Positions 18,281 through 28,337 of a stretch of 64,000 nt of DNA are shown piece by piece. A model generated the notes under the pieces. The model was not told the origin of the DNA and made no database searches. It saw nothing but the letters and a program-made list of their open reading frames with translations. Source of the stretch: an uncultured Actinomycetota bacterium (GTDB taxonomy: Bacteria > Actinomycetota > Humimicrobiia > Humimicrobiales > Humimicrobiaceae); contig CAZLXJ010000055.1 in the NCBI GenBank assembly GCA_964563645.1, positions 6,920 to 70,919 of the forward strand. The letters are read 5' to 3'. Numbering within the stretch: the stretch's first letter is position 1; every line of letters starts with the position of its first letter. The position numbers and the translations under genes were made by a program.

Positions 18281-19798
18281 ATGAAAGCAAAAAGATATTT
18301 TCTATATTTACTTATACTGATAGTTGCTGGAGTAATAATTGTAAGCATTTTTTATGCAGTAAGAGACCGCCAAAAAAATAATATCTCGGAAGCTGGTGCC
18401 GCCAGCCCTGTTGATGTAACTGATGAAGTCAGGGAAAATACAGGAGAAGGCCAGGATACCCCGGAAGCAGGTATTTCCGAAGATGAAGCTGCGGAAATCG
18501 AGGGTGGCAATAATGCTGATTACTATAAAAGCAGTTCTGGAGATTTTGACAACTATGGCTTTATTTTACCGGAAGGCTGGGCCCTGTATGAAGAAAATAG
18601 TGGGAAAAGGGTGCTGCTCAAGGGTACAGGAAGTAATAACTCTTTAGAAAGCATTATGATAATGGTCGAAGACGGGGGACAATTTGAATCCTTGACACCC
18701 GTAGAGGAAATTATTGATAAATATATGCAAATAAAAGAAGAAGATGGTTTTAACGGAGAAATAATCGATAATTTTTATACAAAAATAGGAAAAATAGAAA
18801 ATGAAGTCCATGGATATTTTTACGATAGCGGTCTTAAAGCAGGGGAAGAAGCAGAAAGTGAAGAAACCTGTAACAGTGAAATAGATCTATTTACATGCCT
18901 TACCAGCGGAGAAGATGTCTATATTGCCAAATATATGAGCAGCGGAGTGGAAAAGAATAGGGCTGTGGAAACATTTAGAAGATTTTTATCTGATTTTTCA
19001 ATCGGTGCTGCTGCTGACGGCAGTGCTGAAGAAGATAAAAGTGGATCTATAAATATACTGGTACTGGGAGTGGACAGCGGTCTTGGAAGGGAATGGAGCA
19101 GGGAAAATGCAAGGTCGGATATAAATATTATAGTACACATAAATCTTGAGACATACGGAACCACAATAATTACAATTCCCAGAGACCTGTGGGTCCCCAT
19201 AACCGGCCGTGGCGACGGTAAAATAAACGGGGCGTATGCTATGGGGGGACCCGAACTTGCTGTTGAAACTTTTGAAAATTTTTCTGGTCTTGATATAGAT
19301 AATTATATAATAACTGATTTTGATGGGTTCATCCCTCTTATTGATTTCCTCGGCGGCGTCACTATAGAAGTTACCGAAGACCTTGCAGACGGATTTTCTA
19401 ATTGTTATCTTAGCAAGGGGGTTCACCACCTGGATGGGGAGCTGGCACTTGCACTATGCAGGAACAGGCACCGTGATGGTGACGGAACCACACCGGGAGG
19501 TGCGTGGGCGCGCGAGAAGGAGGCTGCTAAAGTGATAAAAGCGCTTTATGAGCAGAAAACAACCTTTGAAAAAATAATATCGATACCTGCTTTTATTAAT
19601 TTTCTTTTAAGGTATGTATGGTCAGATATGGATTTTAAGGATATGGTCACGCTCCTTCCTGTCCTGGGAAATATAAAATCAGGTGATATTACCATAAGAG
19701 GAGTACCTTCATACTGTAAAACGATAGGAAAGGCAAGCGCTGTAGTGCACTACGAAGAAGAGACAAAGCAGATGTTTGAAGAGATAAAAAAACAGTAG
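18281..19798 (+). CDS. LytR-CpsA-Psr (LCP) family protein with TM anchor and a long acidic N-terminal region
   Basis: NILVLGVDS..RSDINIIVHIN..ITIPRDLWV..INGAYAMGGPELAVETFENFSGLDIDNYIITDFDGF. Confidence 0.85.
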   Translation: MKAKRYFLYLLILIVAGVIIVSIFYAVRDRQKNNISEAGAASPVDVTDEVRENTGEGQDTPEAGISEDEAAEIEGGNNADYYKSSSGDFDNYGFILPEGWALYEENSGKRVLLKGTGSNNSLESIMIMVEDGGQFESLTPVEEIIDKYMQIKEEDGFNGEIIDNFYTKIGKIENEVHGYFYDSGLKAGEEAESEETCNSEIDLFTCLTSGEDVYIAKYMSSGVEKNRAVETFRRFLSDFSIGAAADGSAEEDKSGSINILVLGVDSGLGREWSRENARSDINIIVHINLETYGTTIITIPRDLWVPITGRGDGKINGAYAMGGPELAVETFENFSGLDIDNYIITDFDGFIPLIDFLGGVTIEVTEDLADGFSNCYLSKGVHHLDGELALALCRNRHRDGDGTTPGGAWAREKEAAKVIKALYEQKTTFEKIISIPAFINFLLRYVWSDMDFKDMVTLLPVLGNIKSGDITIRGVPSYCKTIGKASAVVHYEEETKQMFEEIKKQ

Positions 19799-19851
19799 CA
19801 ATAATAATGTGATTCTAATCTCCAATTCAAAAAGCCGGGCAGGCTGTTTAA

Positions 19852-19880
19852 TTGACTTTTAAATTAGAAGTAGTTAATAT
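19852..19880 (+). promoter_or_regulatory. Candidate sigma-70 promoter for tRNA-Gly/thrS
   Basis: TTGACT-N17-TAATAT, ending about 40 nt upstream of the tRNA 5' end. Confidence 0.35.
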
Positions 19881-19922
19881 TTGTTTTGCGAAAGATTGAA
19901 AATGTGGATATTTAATGTCCGG

Positions 19923-19998
19923 GCGGAAGTAGCTCAGCTGGTAGAGCATCACCTTGCCAAGGTGGGGGTCGCGGGTCCGAGTCCCGTCTTCCGCTCCA
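19923..19998 (+). tRNA. tRNA-Gly (anticodon GCC), CCA encoded
   Basis: Hand-folded cloverleaf. Acceptor GCGGAAG/CTTCCGC, D arm GCTC/GAGC, anticodon stem TCACC/GGTGG with loop TTGCCAA, T arm GCGGG/CCCGT with TCCGAGT loop. 76 nt. Confidence 0.95.
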
Positions 19999-20046
19999 TT
20001 TTATTTTATGGAAGATAGGATAATTAATAAATTTTTAGAAAAAGAT

Positions 20047-21981
20047 ATGATAAAGATAAGATTTGAGGACCTGGGCGAGATAAAAGTGAAGAAGGGCACT
20101 TCTGTCAGGGAAGCTGCCTCCATTCTTGACAAAAAATCTGCCAGAATATCTATTGCAGCTGAAATACTGGAAGATGGGAGGGTGCATAAAGATTTACCTG
20201 TTGTGGATTTGACTTATATCCCTGATTCAGATATTTACCTGAAAATACTCTATCCGGGAAATGATGAGAAGTCTTTAGGCATATTAAACCACAGTACAGC
20301 CCATGTAATGGCAGCAGCCATAAAGAAGATTTATCCGGGAGCAAAATTTGCGATAGGCCCGTCGATAAAAAATGGCTTTTACTATGATTTTGAGATAAAC
20401 GGTGATATCTCTGCTGCAGACCTTCCAGGTATTGAAAAACAGATGAAAAAAATAGTTAAAGGGGGCCATCCTTTTGAACGTATGGTTGTCTCAAAAAAAG
20501 AAGCTGCCGGGATATTTAGTGAAAACCAGTATAAACTCGAACTTATTGAAGAAATCCCCGGAGATACCGTGAGCATATACAAGACTGGTGAATTTACTGA
20601 TCTGTGCAGGGGTCCGCATATCCCTTCTTCATCAAGAATAGAAGCTTTTAAGCTGCTCAGCATAGCAGGGGCATACTGGAGGGGCGATGAAAACAATAAG
20701 ATGCTGACGCGGATATACGGAACATCTTTCTACGGGCAGGAGGACCTGAAGCAGTATCTGGACAGACTGGAAAAGGCAAAAAACAGCGACCACAGGAAAA
20801 TAGGGAAAGAGCTTGACCTTTTTAGCTTCCATGACGAGGGCCCGGGTTTCCCGTTCATTCATCCTAAGGGAATGATTATAAGGAATATAATTATCGAATA
20901 CTGGAAGGAAGAACATGACAGGGAGGGCTATAAGGAAATAATTACCCCAATGATCCTGAGCAATGAATTGTGGAAGACTTCGGGACACTGGGATCACTAT
21001 AAAGAAAATATGTACTTTGTTAAAATAGATGATAAAGATTATGCTATTAAGCCGATGAACTGCCCGGGAAATATTATAATCTACAAGAACAGCCAGCATT
21101 CATATAAGGAATTTCCAATGAAATATGCCGAACTTGGCCTGGTGCACAGGCATGAAAAGTCAGGGGTACTGCACGGGCTGTTCAGGGTAAGGAATTTTAC
21201 CCAGGACGACTCCCATATATTCTGCACGGAAGAGCAATTGCCGGACCAGCTGGGAGATGTTGTAGATCTGGTCGAGAGGATGTACCGGGTATTTGGTTTT
21301 GATGATTATCATGTAGAACTATCAACAAGACCTGAAAAAAGCATAGGTTCGTTAGATACGTGGAACAGGGCGGAGGCCATACTTAAGGATGTTGTGGAGA
21401 AAAAGGACATAGACTATACAGTAAACGAAGGAGAAGGGGCATTTTATGGTCCGAAAATAGATTTTCACATAAAGGACTGTCTGGAAAGAACATGGCAGTG
21501 CGGGACCATACAGCTTGATTTTGCAATGCCTGAAAAGTTTGACATTCAATATGCAGGCGAAGACAACAAACGTCACAGGCCTGTTATGATACACAGGACC
21601 GTTCTGGGCAGCATAGAAAGATTTATGGGCATACTTATTGAGCAGTATGGGGGGAACTTCCCTCCGTGGCTGGCGCCTGAACAGGCAGTTATATTGCCAA
21701 TATCGGACAAGTATGAAAAATATTCTGAAGAGGTATTTAAAAAGTTAAAGGAAGAAGGATGCAGGGTAATCATTGATAACAGGGTCGAGTCACTCAATAA
21801 AAAAATTAGAAAGGCCGAATTACAGAAAATACCGTATATGATAATAATAGGGGAAAAAGAGCAGGCTTCCGGCACTATAACTGTCAGAAAGAAATCCGGA
21901 GAGCAGCAAAAGCAGATTATATTGGCAGACTTTCTTGATATTTTTAATAATGCTGTAAAAAACAGAAGTTCTGAATATTAA
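20047..21981 (+). CDS. thrS: Threonyl-tRNA synthetase
   Basis: TGS-like N-terminus MIKIRFEDLG, HSTAHVMA editing motif, class II core. The track ORF start at 19954 lies inside the tRNA and is spurious. Alternative ATG at 20008. Confidence 0.9.
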   Translation: MIKIRFEDLGEIKVKKGTSVREAASILDKKSARISIAAEILEDGRVHKDLPVVDLTYIPDSDIYLKILYPGNDEKSLGILNHSTAHVMAAAIKKIYPGAKFAIGPSIKNGFYYDFEINGDISAADLPGIEKQMKKIVKGGHPFERMVVSKKEAAGIFSENQYKLELIEEIPGDTVSIYKTGEFTDLCRGPHIPSSSRIEAFKLLSIAGAYWRGDENNKMLTRIYGTSFYGQEDLKQYLDRLEKAKNSDHRKIGKELDLFSFHDEGPGFPFIHPKGMIIRNIIIEYWKEEHDREGYKEIITPMILSNELWKTSGHWDHYKENMYFVKIDDKDYAIKPMNCPGNIIIYKNSQHSYKEFPMKYAELGLVHRHEKSGVLHGLFRVRNFTQDDSHIFCTEEQLPDQLGDVVDLVERMYRVFGFDDYHVELSTRPEKSIGSLDTWNRAEAILKDVVEKKDIDYTVNEGEGAFYGPKIDFHIKDCLERTWQCGTIQLDFAMPEKFDIQYAGEDNKRHRPVMIHRTVLGSIERFMGILIEQYGGNFPPWLAPEQAVILPISDKYEKYSEEVFKKLKEEGCRVIIDNRVESLNKKIRKAELQKIPYMIIIGEKEQASGTITVRKKSGEQQKQIILADFLDIFNNAVKNRSSEY

Positions 21982-22099
21982 TTTTTATCCCTTTATTTTT
22001 TTTAAAATTATTCTTATAATTTAATATATTTATCTCAGGGAAGTTCCGTAAAAAATAAATTTAATATAAATATTTACCATAATACCAGGGAGTGCATTT

Positions 22100-23443
22100 A
22101 TGACACTAAAAGAAAGAGTAAAACTGTATACAACAAAGACTGCTATCAGGGGGGCTCTTAAGGTCCTTCCGAAGTTGTCTGACGAAAAATGGCTGTCGTT
22201 GGTAAAGGGAAGAGTTTACAGAATGAAAAAAAGCTGGGAAAGGGATTTTCTGGAAAACATGCTGGTAAATCTTAAAAGGGGAGCTTCAAGAATGTCTCCT
22301 AAGGTCAGGGAAAAAGTCGTAATGAACCTTATCAATAATGCCATGATACAGGGGCAGCCTAAAAGAATGGAATTTGCAAAAAAATACGGGTTTAATGCTC
22401 CAAATCTTCTCGTAATGTCTCCTACCATGAAATGCAATCTAAGATGCTTCGGCTGCTATGCATGGCAGTATTCCAAGAAGGATGATCTTCCATATGATGT
22501 ATGCAACAGGATAATAGAAGAAGCAAATGACATAGGTATATATTTCTTTGTTATTACAGGCGGGGAACCTTTTTACTGGGATCATATATTTGATTTCCTT
22601 GAGAGGCACAATGATTCATTCTTCCAGATATATACCAATGGCACGCTCATTGATGAGAAAGCAGCAAAAAAGCTAGCAGAACTGGGTAATGCCATACCAT
22701 GCATAAGTGTCGAGGGTTTTAAAAAGGAAACTGAAGCAAGGAGAGGAAAGGGCACATGGGACAAGATAATGAGCGCAATGGATAATCTTGCAAATAACGG
22801 AGTTCTTTTTGGTTATTCAGTTACGGCTACCAGATCCAATAATGACCTGGTAGTAAGCGATGAATTTATAGACTTTTTTGTTAAAAAAGGTGCTTTTATA
22901 GGATGGTATTTTAATTATGTACCGATAGGAAGGGAACCGGATCTTGATCTTATGCCTACTCCAGAACAGAGAGATTACAGGAGGAGTAAGATACTGGAGA
23001 TAAGGAGAAAGAATGATATTGTAGTAGCAGATTTCTGGAATGACGGCCATCTGGTAAATGGATGCATGGCAGGAGGGAAAAATTATCTCCATGTAAATGT
23101 AAATGGTGATGTTGAGCCCTGTGTTTTCATACATTATGCCGGCGACAATGTAAAGGAAAAGAGCCTTGTAGAAATTCTTAATTCAGATTTCTTCAGGGCA
23201 TTCAGAAAGAGGCAGCCTTATACCGAAAATCACCTCAGGCCATGTGCAATAATAGATAATCCGAAGGTGCTCCGGGATATTGTAGCAGAAACAGGTGCAT
23301 ATCCCACCCACGATGGGGCCGAAACTATAATAGGATGTCTTGCAAAACCCCTTGACAGGTATGCTGAGGAATATAAGAAAATAGCTGATGTGGCATGGAA
23401 AAAGGAATACCTGCCTGAAGAAGATACTGAAGAGGCGGTATAG
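22100..23443 (+). CDS. Radical SAM enzyme with C-terminal auxiliary-cluster (twitch/SPASM-like) region, paralog 1
   Basis: CNLRCFGCY (CX3CX2C), ITGGEPF, YTNGTLID, GCMAGGKNYLHVNVNGDVEPCVF. Clear paralog of 28563-30026. Confidence 0.85.
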   Translation: MTLKERVKLYTTKTAIRGALKVLPKLSDEKWLSLVKGRVYRMKKSWERDFLENMLVNLKRGASRMSPKVREKVVMNLINNAMIQGQPKRMEFAKKYGFNAPNLLVMSPTMKCNLRCFGCYAWQYSKKDDLPYDVCNRIIEEANDIGIYFFVITGGEPFYWDHIFDFLERHNDSFFQIYTNGTLIDEKAAKKLAELGNAIPCISVEGFKKETEARRGKGTWDKIMSAMDNLANNGVLFGYSVTATRSNNDLVVSDEFIDFFVKKGAFIGWYFNYVPIGREPDLDLMPTPEQRDYRRSKILEIRRKNDIVVADFWNDGHLVNGCMAGGKNYLHVNVNGDVEPCVFIHYAGDNVKEKSLVEILNSDFFRAFRKRQPYTENHLRPCAIIDNPKVLRDIVAETGAYPTHDGAETIIGCLAKPLDRYAEEYKKIADVAWKKEYLPEEDTEEAV

Positions 23444-23580
23444 ACAAATAATATTAATATTAGTATAATTTCCAACCATTGAAAAATAGTATAGATATTT
23501 AAGAATATAATTAAGTAGAAATCATCTATTTCTCACCAGATAATGGCTGAAAAAAGTTTATTGATCTGGTTATATAAATA

Positions 23581-23612
23581 ATAGGTAGATGGTTCATCTG
23601 CCTATTTTTTTT
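23581..23612 (+). terminator. Leader terminator/attenuator upstream of infC (L20-leader-like position)
   Basis: ATAGGTAGATG-GTT-CATCTGCCTAT (11 bp, one G-U pair) followed by T8, 12 nt before the infC RBS. An upstream helix ACCAGAT/ATCTGGT lies at 23535-23570. Confidence 0.5.
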
Positions 23613-23638
23613 AAAAACATAATGGAGGTGAGGGATTT

Positions 23639-24148
23639 ATTAACGACAGGAGAATCAGGACAAACAGTCAGATTAGAGCTCCAGAGGTGAGATTGATAAA
23701 TGATGACGGCAATCAGATAGGAATAATTTCCGTAAGGCAGGCCCAGCAGATTGCAGATGAAAAAGGTCTTGACCTTGTAGAGGTATCCCCAAAAAGCAAG
23801 CCTCCGGTATGCAAAATAATGGATTTTGGGAAATATAAATATAAATTGGAGATATCCGAGAAACTAAAGAAGAAAAAACAATCTCATATTGTTGTGAAGG
23901 AAATAAAATTAAGACCCAAAATCGACACAAATGACCTCAATACAAAGAAAAGGCAGATAGAAAAATTCCTCAAGAACGGGAACAAGGTAAAGATAACCAT
24001 AATGTTCAGGGGTAGGGAGATAGTCCATAAACAACTGGGAATGGATATTCTCGAGAATATTATGGATGATCTGGGCGGTCATTCGTTTGTAGAGCAGAGG
24101 CCAAAACTTGATGGGTATAATATGATTATGGTTCTTGCCCCTTCATAA
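23639..24148 (+). CDS. infC: Translation initiation factor IF-3, ATT start codon
   Basis: In-frame extension INDRRIRTNSQIRAPEV matches the conserved IF-3 N-terminus. A GGAGGTG RBS lies 8 nt upstream of ATT at 23639. The track start (GTG at 23687) is internal. Confidence 0.9.
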   Translation: MNDRRIRTNSQIRAPEVRLINDDGNQIGIISVRQAQQIADEKGLDLVEVSPKSKPPVCKIMDFGKYKYKLEISEKLKKKKQSHIVVKEIKLRPKIDTNDLNTKKRQIEKFLKNGNKVKITIMFRGREIVHKQLGMDILENIMDDLGGHSFVEQRPKLDGYNMIMVLAPS

Positions 24149-24209
24149 AATAACAGTAAATTAAGAATATTTAATAGGACAGCAAAATTATTCAGGAAGG
24201 ATGTAGCTC

Positions 24210-24404
24210 ATGCCAAAATTAAAAACGCATAAAGGAGCAGCAAAAAGGTTTAAAATAACGGGCAGTGGTAAGATTATGAGGAGGAGGGCTTTTAAAAGCC
24301 ATATATTGACAAAAAAAGATGCAAAAAGGAAGAGAAGACTGGGTAGTGATACAGAGGTATCATCTGCCGATTCAAAAAGAATTAAAAGGCTTCTTGGGAG
24401 ATAA
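24210..24404 (+). CDS. rpmI: 50S ribosomal protein L35
   Basis: [21 protein letters not shown]. Confidence 0.95.
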   Translation: MPKLKTHKGAAKRFKITGSGKIMRRRAFKSHILTKKDAKRKRRLGSDTEVSSADSKRIKRLLGR

Positions 24405-24423
24405 TAGAAAGGTGTGATCTGAA

Positions 24424-24780
24424 ATGACCAGGGTAAAAAGGGGAACTGTAAAGAATAGGCGACATAAAAAGGTCCTAAAAGAAGCCAGGGGATACCGCAG
24501 CTCCAGCAGCAGGACTTTTAAATCGGCTAAACAGCAATTGATGAAATCAATGAGTTATTCATACAGGGATAGAAAAAACAACAAGAGAAATTTTAGAAGA
24601 CTGTGGATAACAAGAATAAACGCTGCGGCCAGATTAAACGGATTATCATACAATGAATTTATAAACGGACTGAAAAAGGCAGATGTAGATATTAACAGGA
24701 AGATGCTTTCAGAGGTAGCTATAAGTGATCCTGATGCTTTCAAACAACTGACTGATTTAGCAAGGGAAAAATTAAGTTAG
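24424..24780 (+). CDS. rplT: 50S ribosomal protein L20
   Basis: MTRVKRGTVKNRRHKKVLK..GY. Confidence 0.95.
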   Translation: MTRVKRGTVKNRRHKKVLKEARGYRSSSSRTFKSAKQQLMKSMSYSYRDRKNNKRNFRRLWITRINAAARLNGLSYNEFINGLKKADVDINRKMLSEVAISDPDAFKQLTDLAREKLS

Positions 24781-24796
24781 ATATACATGGATATAT

Positions 24797-25846
24797 ATGG
24801 ATCAGAATAGCACTAAAACAATAAGTGAGATTGAAAATAGAATTGATAAAGAGATCAAAAATCTCCGTTTGGATATTAAAGGTTCCGCTGATATTAAGAG
24901 ACTCGGATTGCTGAGAAGCAAATATCTTGGCAAAAAAAGCTATTTACTCTCGATCCAGAAAAATATAGGGTCCCTTACTTCTGACCTGAAGCCGGTTGTA
25001 GGAAAGATTGCAAACGCTCTTAGAAAAGAGATTGAGAAGATAATCGGCGAAAGGGAGGCACAGATCAGGGAGCTGGAGCATGAAAGAAAGATGAGGGGGG
25101 AGGCTTTAGACCTTACGCTACCTGGAAGAAAACCCCTTACGGGAAGTACCAGCATTATATCCAGGGTTACAGAAGATATAGAAAAAATTTTTATAGGAAT
25201 GGGTTATGAAATAGCAGAGGGTCCCGAGGTAGAAACTGATTATTATAATTTTGAAGCACTTAATACTCCCAGAGATCATCCGGCAAGGTCACTCCATGAT
25301 ACAATGTTTATAGGTGAAAATATTCTGCTTCGGACGCATACTTCCCCCGTTCAGATAAGATACATGGAACAAAACAGGCCGCCTATTGCAATAATAGTAC
25401 CCGGGAAAGTGTACAGGAAGGACTACGACGTATCACATACGCCTATGTTTACCCAGATAGAGGGGCTTCTAATAGATAGAGGTATTAACTTCGGAAATCT
25501 TAAATGGACGCTGGAAGCATTTGTCAGGGAAATATTCGGAAGTGACAGAAAGGTAAGATTCCGACCTCATTATTTTCCATTTACAGAACCAAGTGCGGAA
25601 GTAGACGTATCATGTAAAAATTGTAACGGTAAAGGATGCAGGGTATGCTCATGGAAAGGCTGGCTTGAAATACTTGGTGCAGGTATGGTTGATCCCAGAT
25701 TATATAAATTTGTAAATTATGATCCTAATAAAGTGAGCGGTTTTGCTTTTGGAATAGGCATTGAAAGAATATGCATGCTGAAATACGGTATTGATGATCT
25801 GAGATTATTCTTTGAGAATGATCTCAGGTTCATAAAGCAATTTTAA
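24797..25846 (+). CDS. pheS: Phenylalanyl-tRNA synthetase alpha subunit
   Basis: HPARSLHDTMFI, LRTHTSPVQIR, FRPHYFPFTEPSAEVD, GFAFGIGIERI. Confidence 0.95.
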   Translation: MDQNSTKTISEIENRIDKEIKNLRLDIKGSADIKRLGLLRSKYLGKKSYLLSIQKNIGSLTSDLKPVVGKIANALRKEIEKIIGEREAQIRELEHERKMRGEALDLTLPGRKPLTGSTSIISRVTEDIEKIFIGMGYEIAEGPEVETDYYNFEALNTPRDHPARSLHDTMFIGENILLRTHTSPVQIRYMEQNRPPIAIIVPGKVYRKDYDVSHTPMFTQIEGLLIDRGINFGNLKWTLEAFVREIFGSDRKVRFRPHYFPFTEPSAEVDVSCKNCNGKGCRVCSWKGWLEILGAGMVDPRLYKFVNYDPNKVSGFAFGIGIERICMLKYGIDDLRLFFENDLRFIKQF

Positions 25847-25889
25847 TTGATATCAATATAAATATTTTATTGGGAAGGAATACGCAATA

Positions 25890-28292
25890 TTGAAGGTAAC
25901 CCTTAGCTGGATAAAAGAATTTTTAAAAGACACTGATCTGGATCCGATGGAAACAGCCCGGGTCCTGACTATGGGCGGCATAGAAGTAGAAAAAGTAGAA
26001 TTTATGGCCTCCGGGTTTAAAAAAATAATTATAGGAAAGATAAAAAGTTTTAAAGAGCATCCCAGCGCAGAAAGATTATCATTATGCAGGGTGGACTCCG
26101 GAGAAAGAGACCTGAATATAGTATGCGGAGCAACTAATTTCAAGCAGGGTGACAAGGTGGCACTTGCTGTTGAAGGTGCAAAAATTGGTGATTTTACCAT
26201 TAGGAAGAGGAAAATAAGAGGAGAATATTCGGAAGGGATGATGTGCTCCGAGAAAGAGCTGGGCTTATCTTCTGCGTCGGAAGGAATTATGATACTTGAC
26301 GAGGATCTTCCTACCGGAGAAGATTTTGCAAAAGCCGTAGGCCTGGATGATGTAGTTTATGATCTTGAGATAACACCAAACAGGCCCGACTGCCTCAGTA
26401 TTATAGGTATTGCAAGGGAAATAAGTGCAATGACAGCAAATGAGCTGGTTTTTCCTGATTTTAAGCTTGAAGAAAATATAGTCATTGGGGAGGAACTTGA
26501 TATTGAGATTGAGGATTACAAACTGTGCCCCAGGTATTCTGCTATGGTATTTGAAAATATTGATATGGGAGACTCACCGGCATGGCTTAAAAACAGGTTG
26601 ATAATGTGCGGCATAAGACCTATAAACATAATAGTAGATCTTACAAACTATGTAATGGTTGAAACCGGACAGCCCATGCATGCATTTGATAAGGATCTTC
26701 TATTTTCAAATAGAATAATAGTCAGAAATGCTGTAAACGGTGAAGAATTAAAGACAATTGATGAAACGTTAAGGACACTGGATGGAAATGAGATTGTAAT
26801 CGCAGATGAAGAAAAAGCTATTGCGCTTGCAGGTATCATGGGGGGCAAGGGAACAGAGATAAACAGTAATACAGGCAAGGTTCTTCTTGAATCTGCAAAC
26901 TTTTACGGGCCTTCTATTATGAAAACTTCCAAAAAGCTGGGTTTGAGATCCGAAGCATCCAACCGTTTTGAGAAGAAGATAGATCCCGGGCTTACCGTGT
27001 TCTCAATTAAAAGGTTTTATCAACTCTTAAATGAGATTACAGGTTATAAAAATATAAGTCCCTTATATGATAATTATCAAAAAAGAGACAGGGAGCGTAA
27101 TATTGTATTAAGGCCAGAAAAGCTAGAGCAGGTACTGGGCCAGTCAATAGACGCCTCAAGGATTTCAGATATATTAAGTTCGCTATGTATAAAAAATAAA
27201 GTAAATAATGGCATTCTTAATGTAAGAGTCCCTTCGTTCAGGTTTGAAGATCTTGAAAGGGAGATAGACCTTATTGAAGAAGTCGCGAGAATTTATGGAT
27301 ATAATAATATAATATCCAGACCGGCGCTTCACAGCGGAAAAATAGGAAGATACAGCAGGGAGCAGTCAAATGTTAGAAGTTTGAGAGGATTTCTTGCAGA
27401 TATTGGGCTGAATGAGGTAATCAATTATTCTTTTATAGGTCTTGATGAATTTAAATTAAATATGCTTGACAGGGAAGAGGAGTATAATAAATATATTGAA
27501 ATAATAAATCCAATAAATGAAGATTTTAGAATAATGAGGACATCACTGCTGCCTTCTATGCTGGGAAATGTAAAAACCAATATTAACAGGAATATAAAAG
27601 ATATAGCTATATTTGAAATATCAAGAGTTTTTATAGACACAGGCATGGAATTACCGGACGAAATACTGAAGCTTGGAATACTTCTTAGCGGTAAGGCAAA
27701 TCAGAAAAGCTGGATAGGGGATGAAAGGGATTTTGATTTCTTTGATATTAAAGGAATACTTGAAGGTATGGAGGAAAGATTCAATGTTAGTCCCGAAATG
27801 GAAGCCAGAAAAAGGGAATACAGCTTTTTCCATCCGGGTATCAGCGGTTGCATAGCTTTAGGTAATGAAGAAACAGGAATAATCGGTAAGGTGCATCCGG
27901 CAATAATGGAGAAAATGGAAATAGGCCAGGATGCTTACTATGCTGAAATAAACATTGACATTCTAAATAAGAATTTAAAAGTTTCTGAAAGCTATGAGAA
28001 AATTTCACCTTTTCCTGCCATTGACATAGATATTGCGGTAGTAGTTGATGAAAATGTAAGAAACAAGGATTTGATATGCGAGATAAAAAGAAGCGGTTCA
28101 GGAATTTTGAGAAGTGTAAGGCTTTTTGATATATACCACGGTGAACAGATAGCAAAGAACAGGAAGAGCATGGCATATTCAATGAGCTTTAGAGAAAAAA
28201 GCAGGACATTGAAAGATAGCGAAGTGGAAATAATAGTAAACAGGATAATAGAAAACCTTGAAAAGAAATTCAATGCAGAACTGAGGGCATAA
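25890..28292 (+). CDS. pheT: Phenylalanyl-tRNA synthetase beta subunit
   Basis: MKVTLSWIKEFL N-terminus, tRNA-binding, B3/4, B5 and FDX-ACB regions. TTG start with a GGGAAGGAA RBS. Confidence 0.95.
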   Translation: MKVTLSWIKEFLKDTDLDPMETARVLTMGGIEVEKVEFMASGFKKIIIGKIKSFKEHPSAERLSLCRVDSGERDLNIVCGATNFKQGDKVALAVEGAKIGDFTIRKRKIRGEYSEGMMCSEKELGLSSASEGIMILDEDLPTGEDFAKAVGLDDVVYDLEITPNRPDCLSIIGIAREISAMTANELVFPDFKLEENIVIGEELDIEIEDYKLCPRYSAMVFENIDMGDSPAWLKNRLIMCGIRPINIIVDLTNYVMVETGQPMHAFDKDLLFSNRIIVRNAVNGEELKTIDETLRTLDGNEIVIADEEKAIALAGIMGGKGTEINSNTGKVLLESANFYGPSIMKTSKKLGLRSEASNRFEKKIDPGLTVFSIKRFYQLLNEITGYKNISPLYDNYQKRDRERNIVLRPEKLEQVLGQSIDASRISDILSSLCIKNKVNNGILNVRVPSFRFEDLEREIDLIEEVARIYGYNNIISRPALHSGKIGRYSREQSNVRSLRGFLADIGLNEVINYSFIGLDEFKLNMLDREEEYNKYIEIINPINEDFRIMRTSLLPSMLGNVKTNINRNIKDIAIFEISRVFIDTGMELPDEILKLGILLSGKANQKSWIGDERDFDFFDIKGILEGMEERFNVSPEMEARKREYSFFHPGISGCIALGNEETGIIGKVHPAIMEKMEIGQDAYYAEINIDILNKNLKVSESYEKISPFPAIDIDIAVVVDENVRNKDLICEIKRSGSGILRSVRLFDIYHGEQIAKNRKSMAYSMSFREKSRTLKDSEVEIIVNRIIENLEKKFNAELRA

Positions 28293-28337
28293 ACTTTTTA
28301 TTTAAATAATTTAAAATTATTCTAACATGTCAGGAGT

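Noticed and set aside
19954-20046. N-terminal extension of the thrS track ORF (MPRWGSRVRVPSSAPFYF..)
   Set aside because: It is the tRNA-Gly sequence read as protein. The real thrS start is downstream (20047, or 20008).
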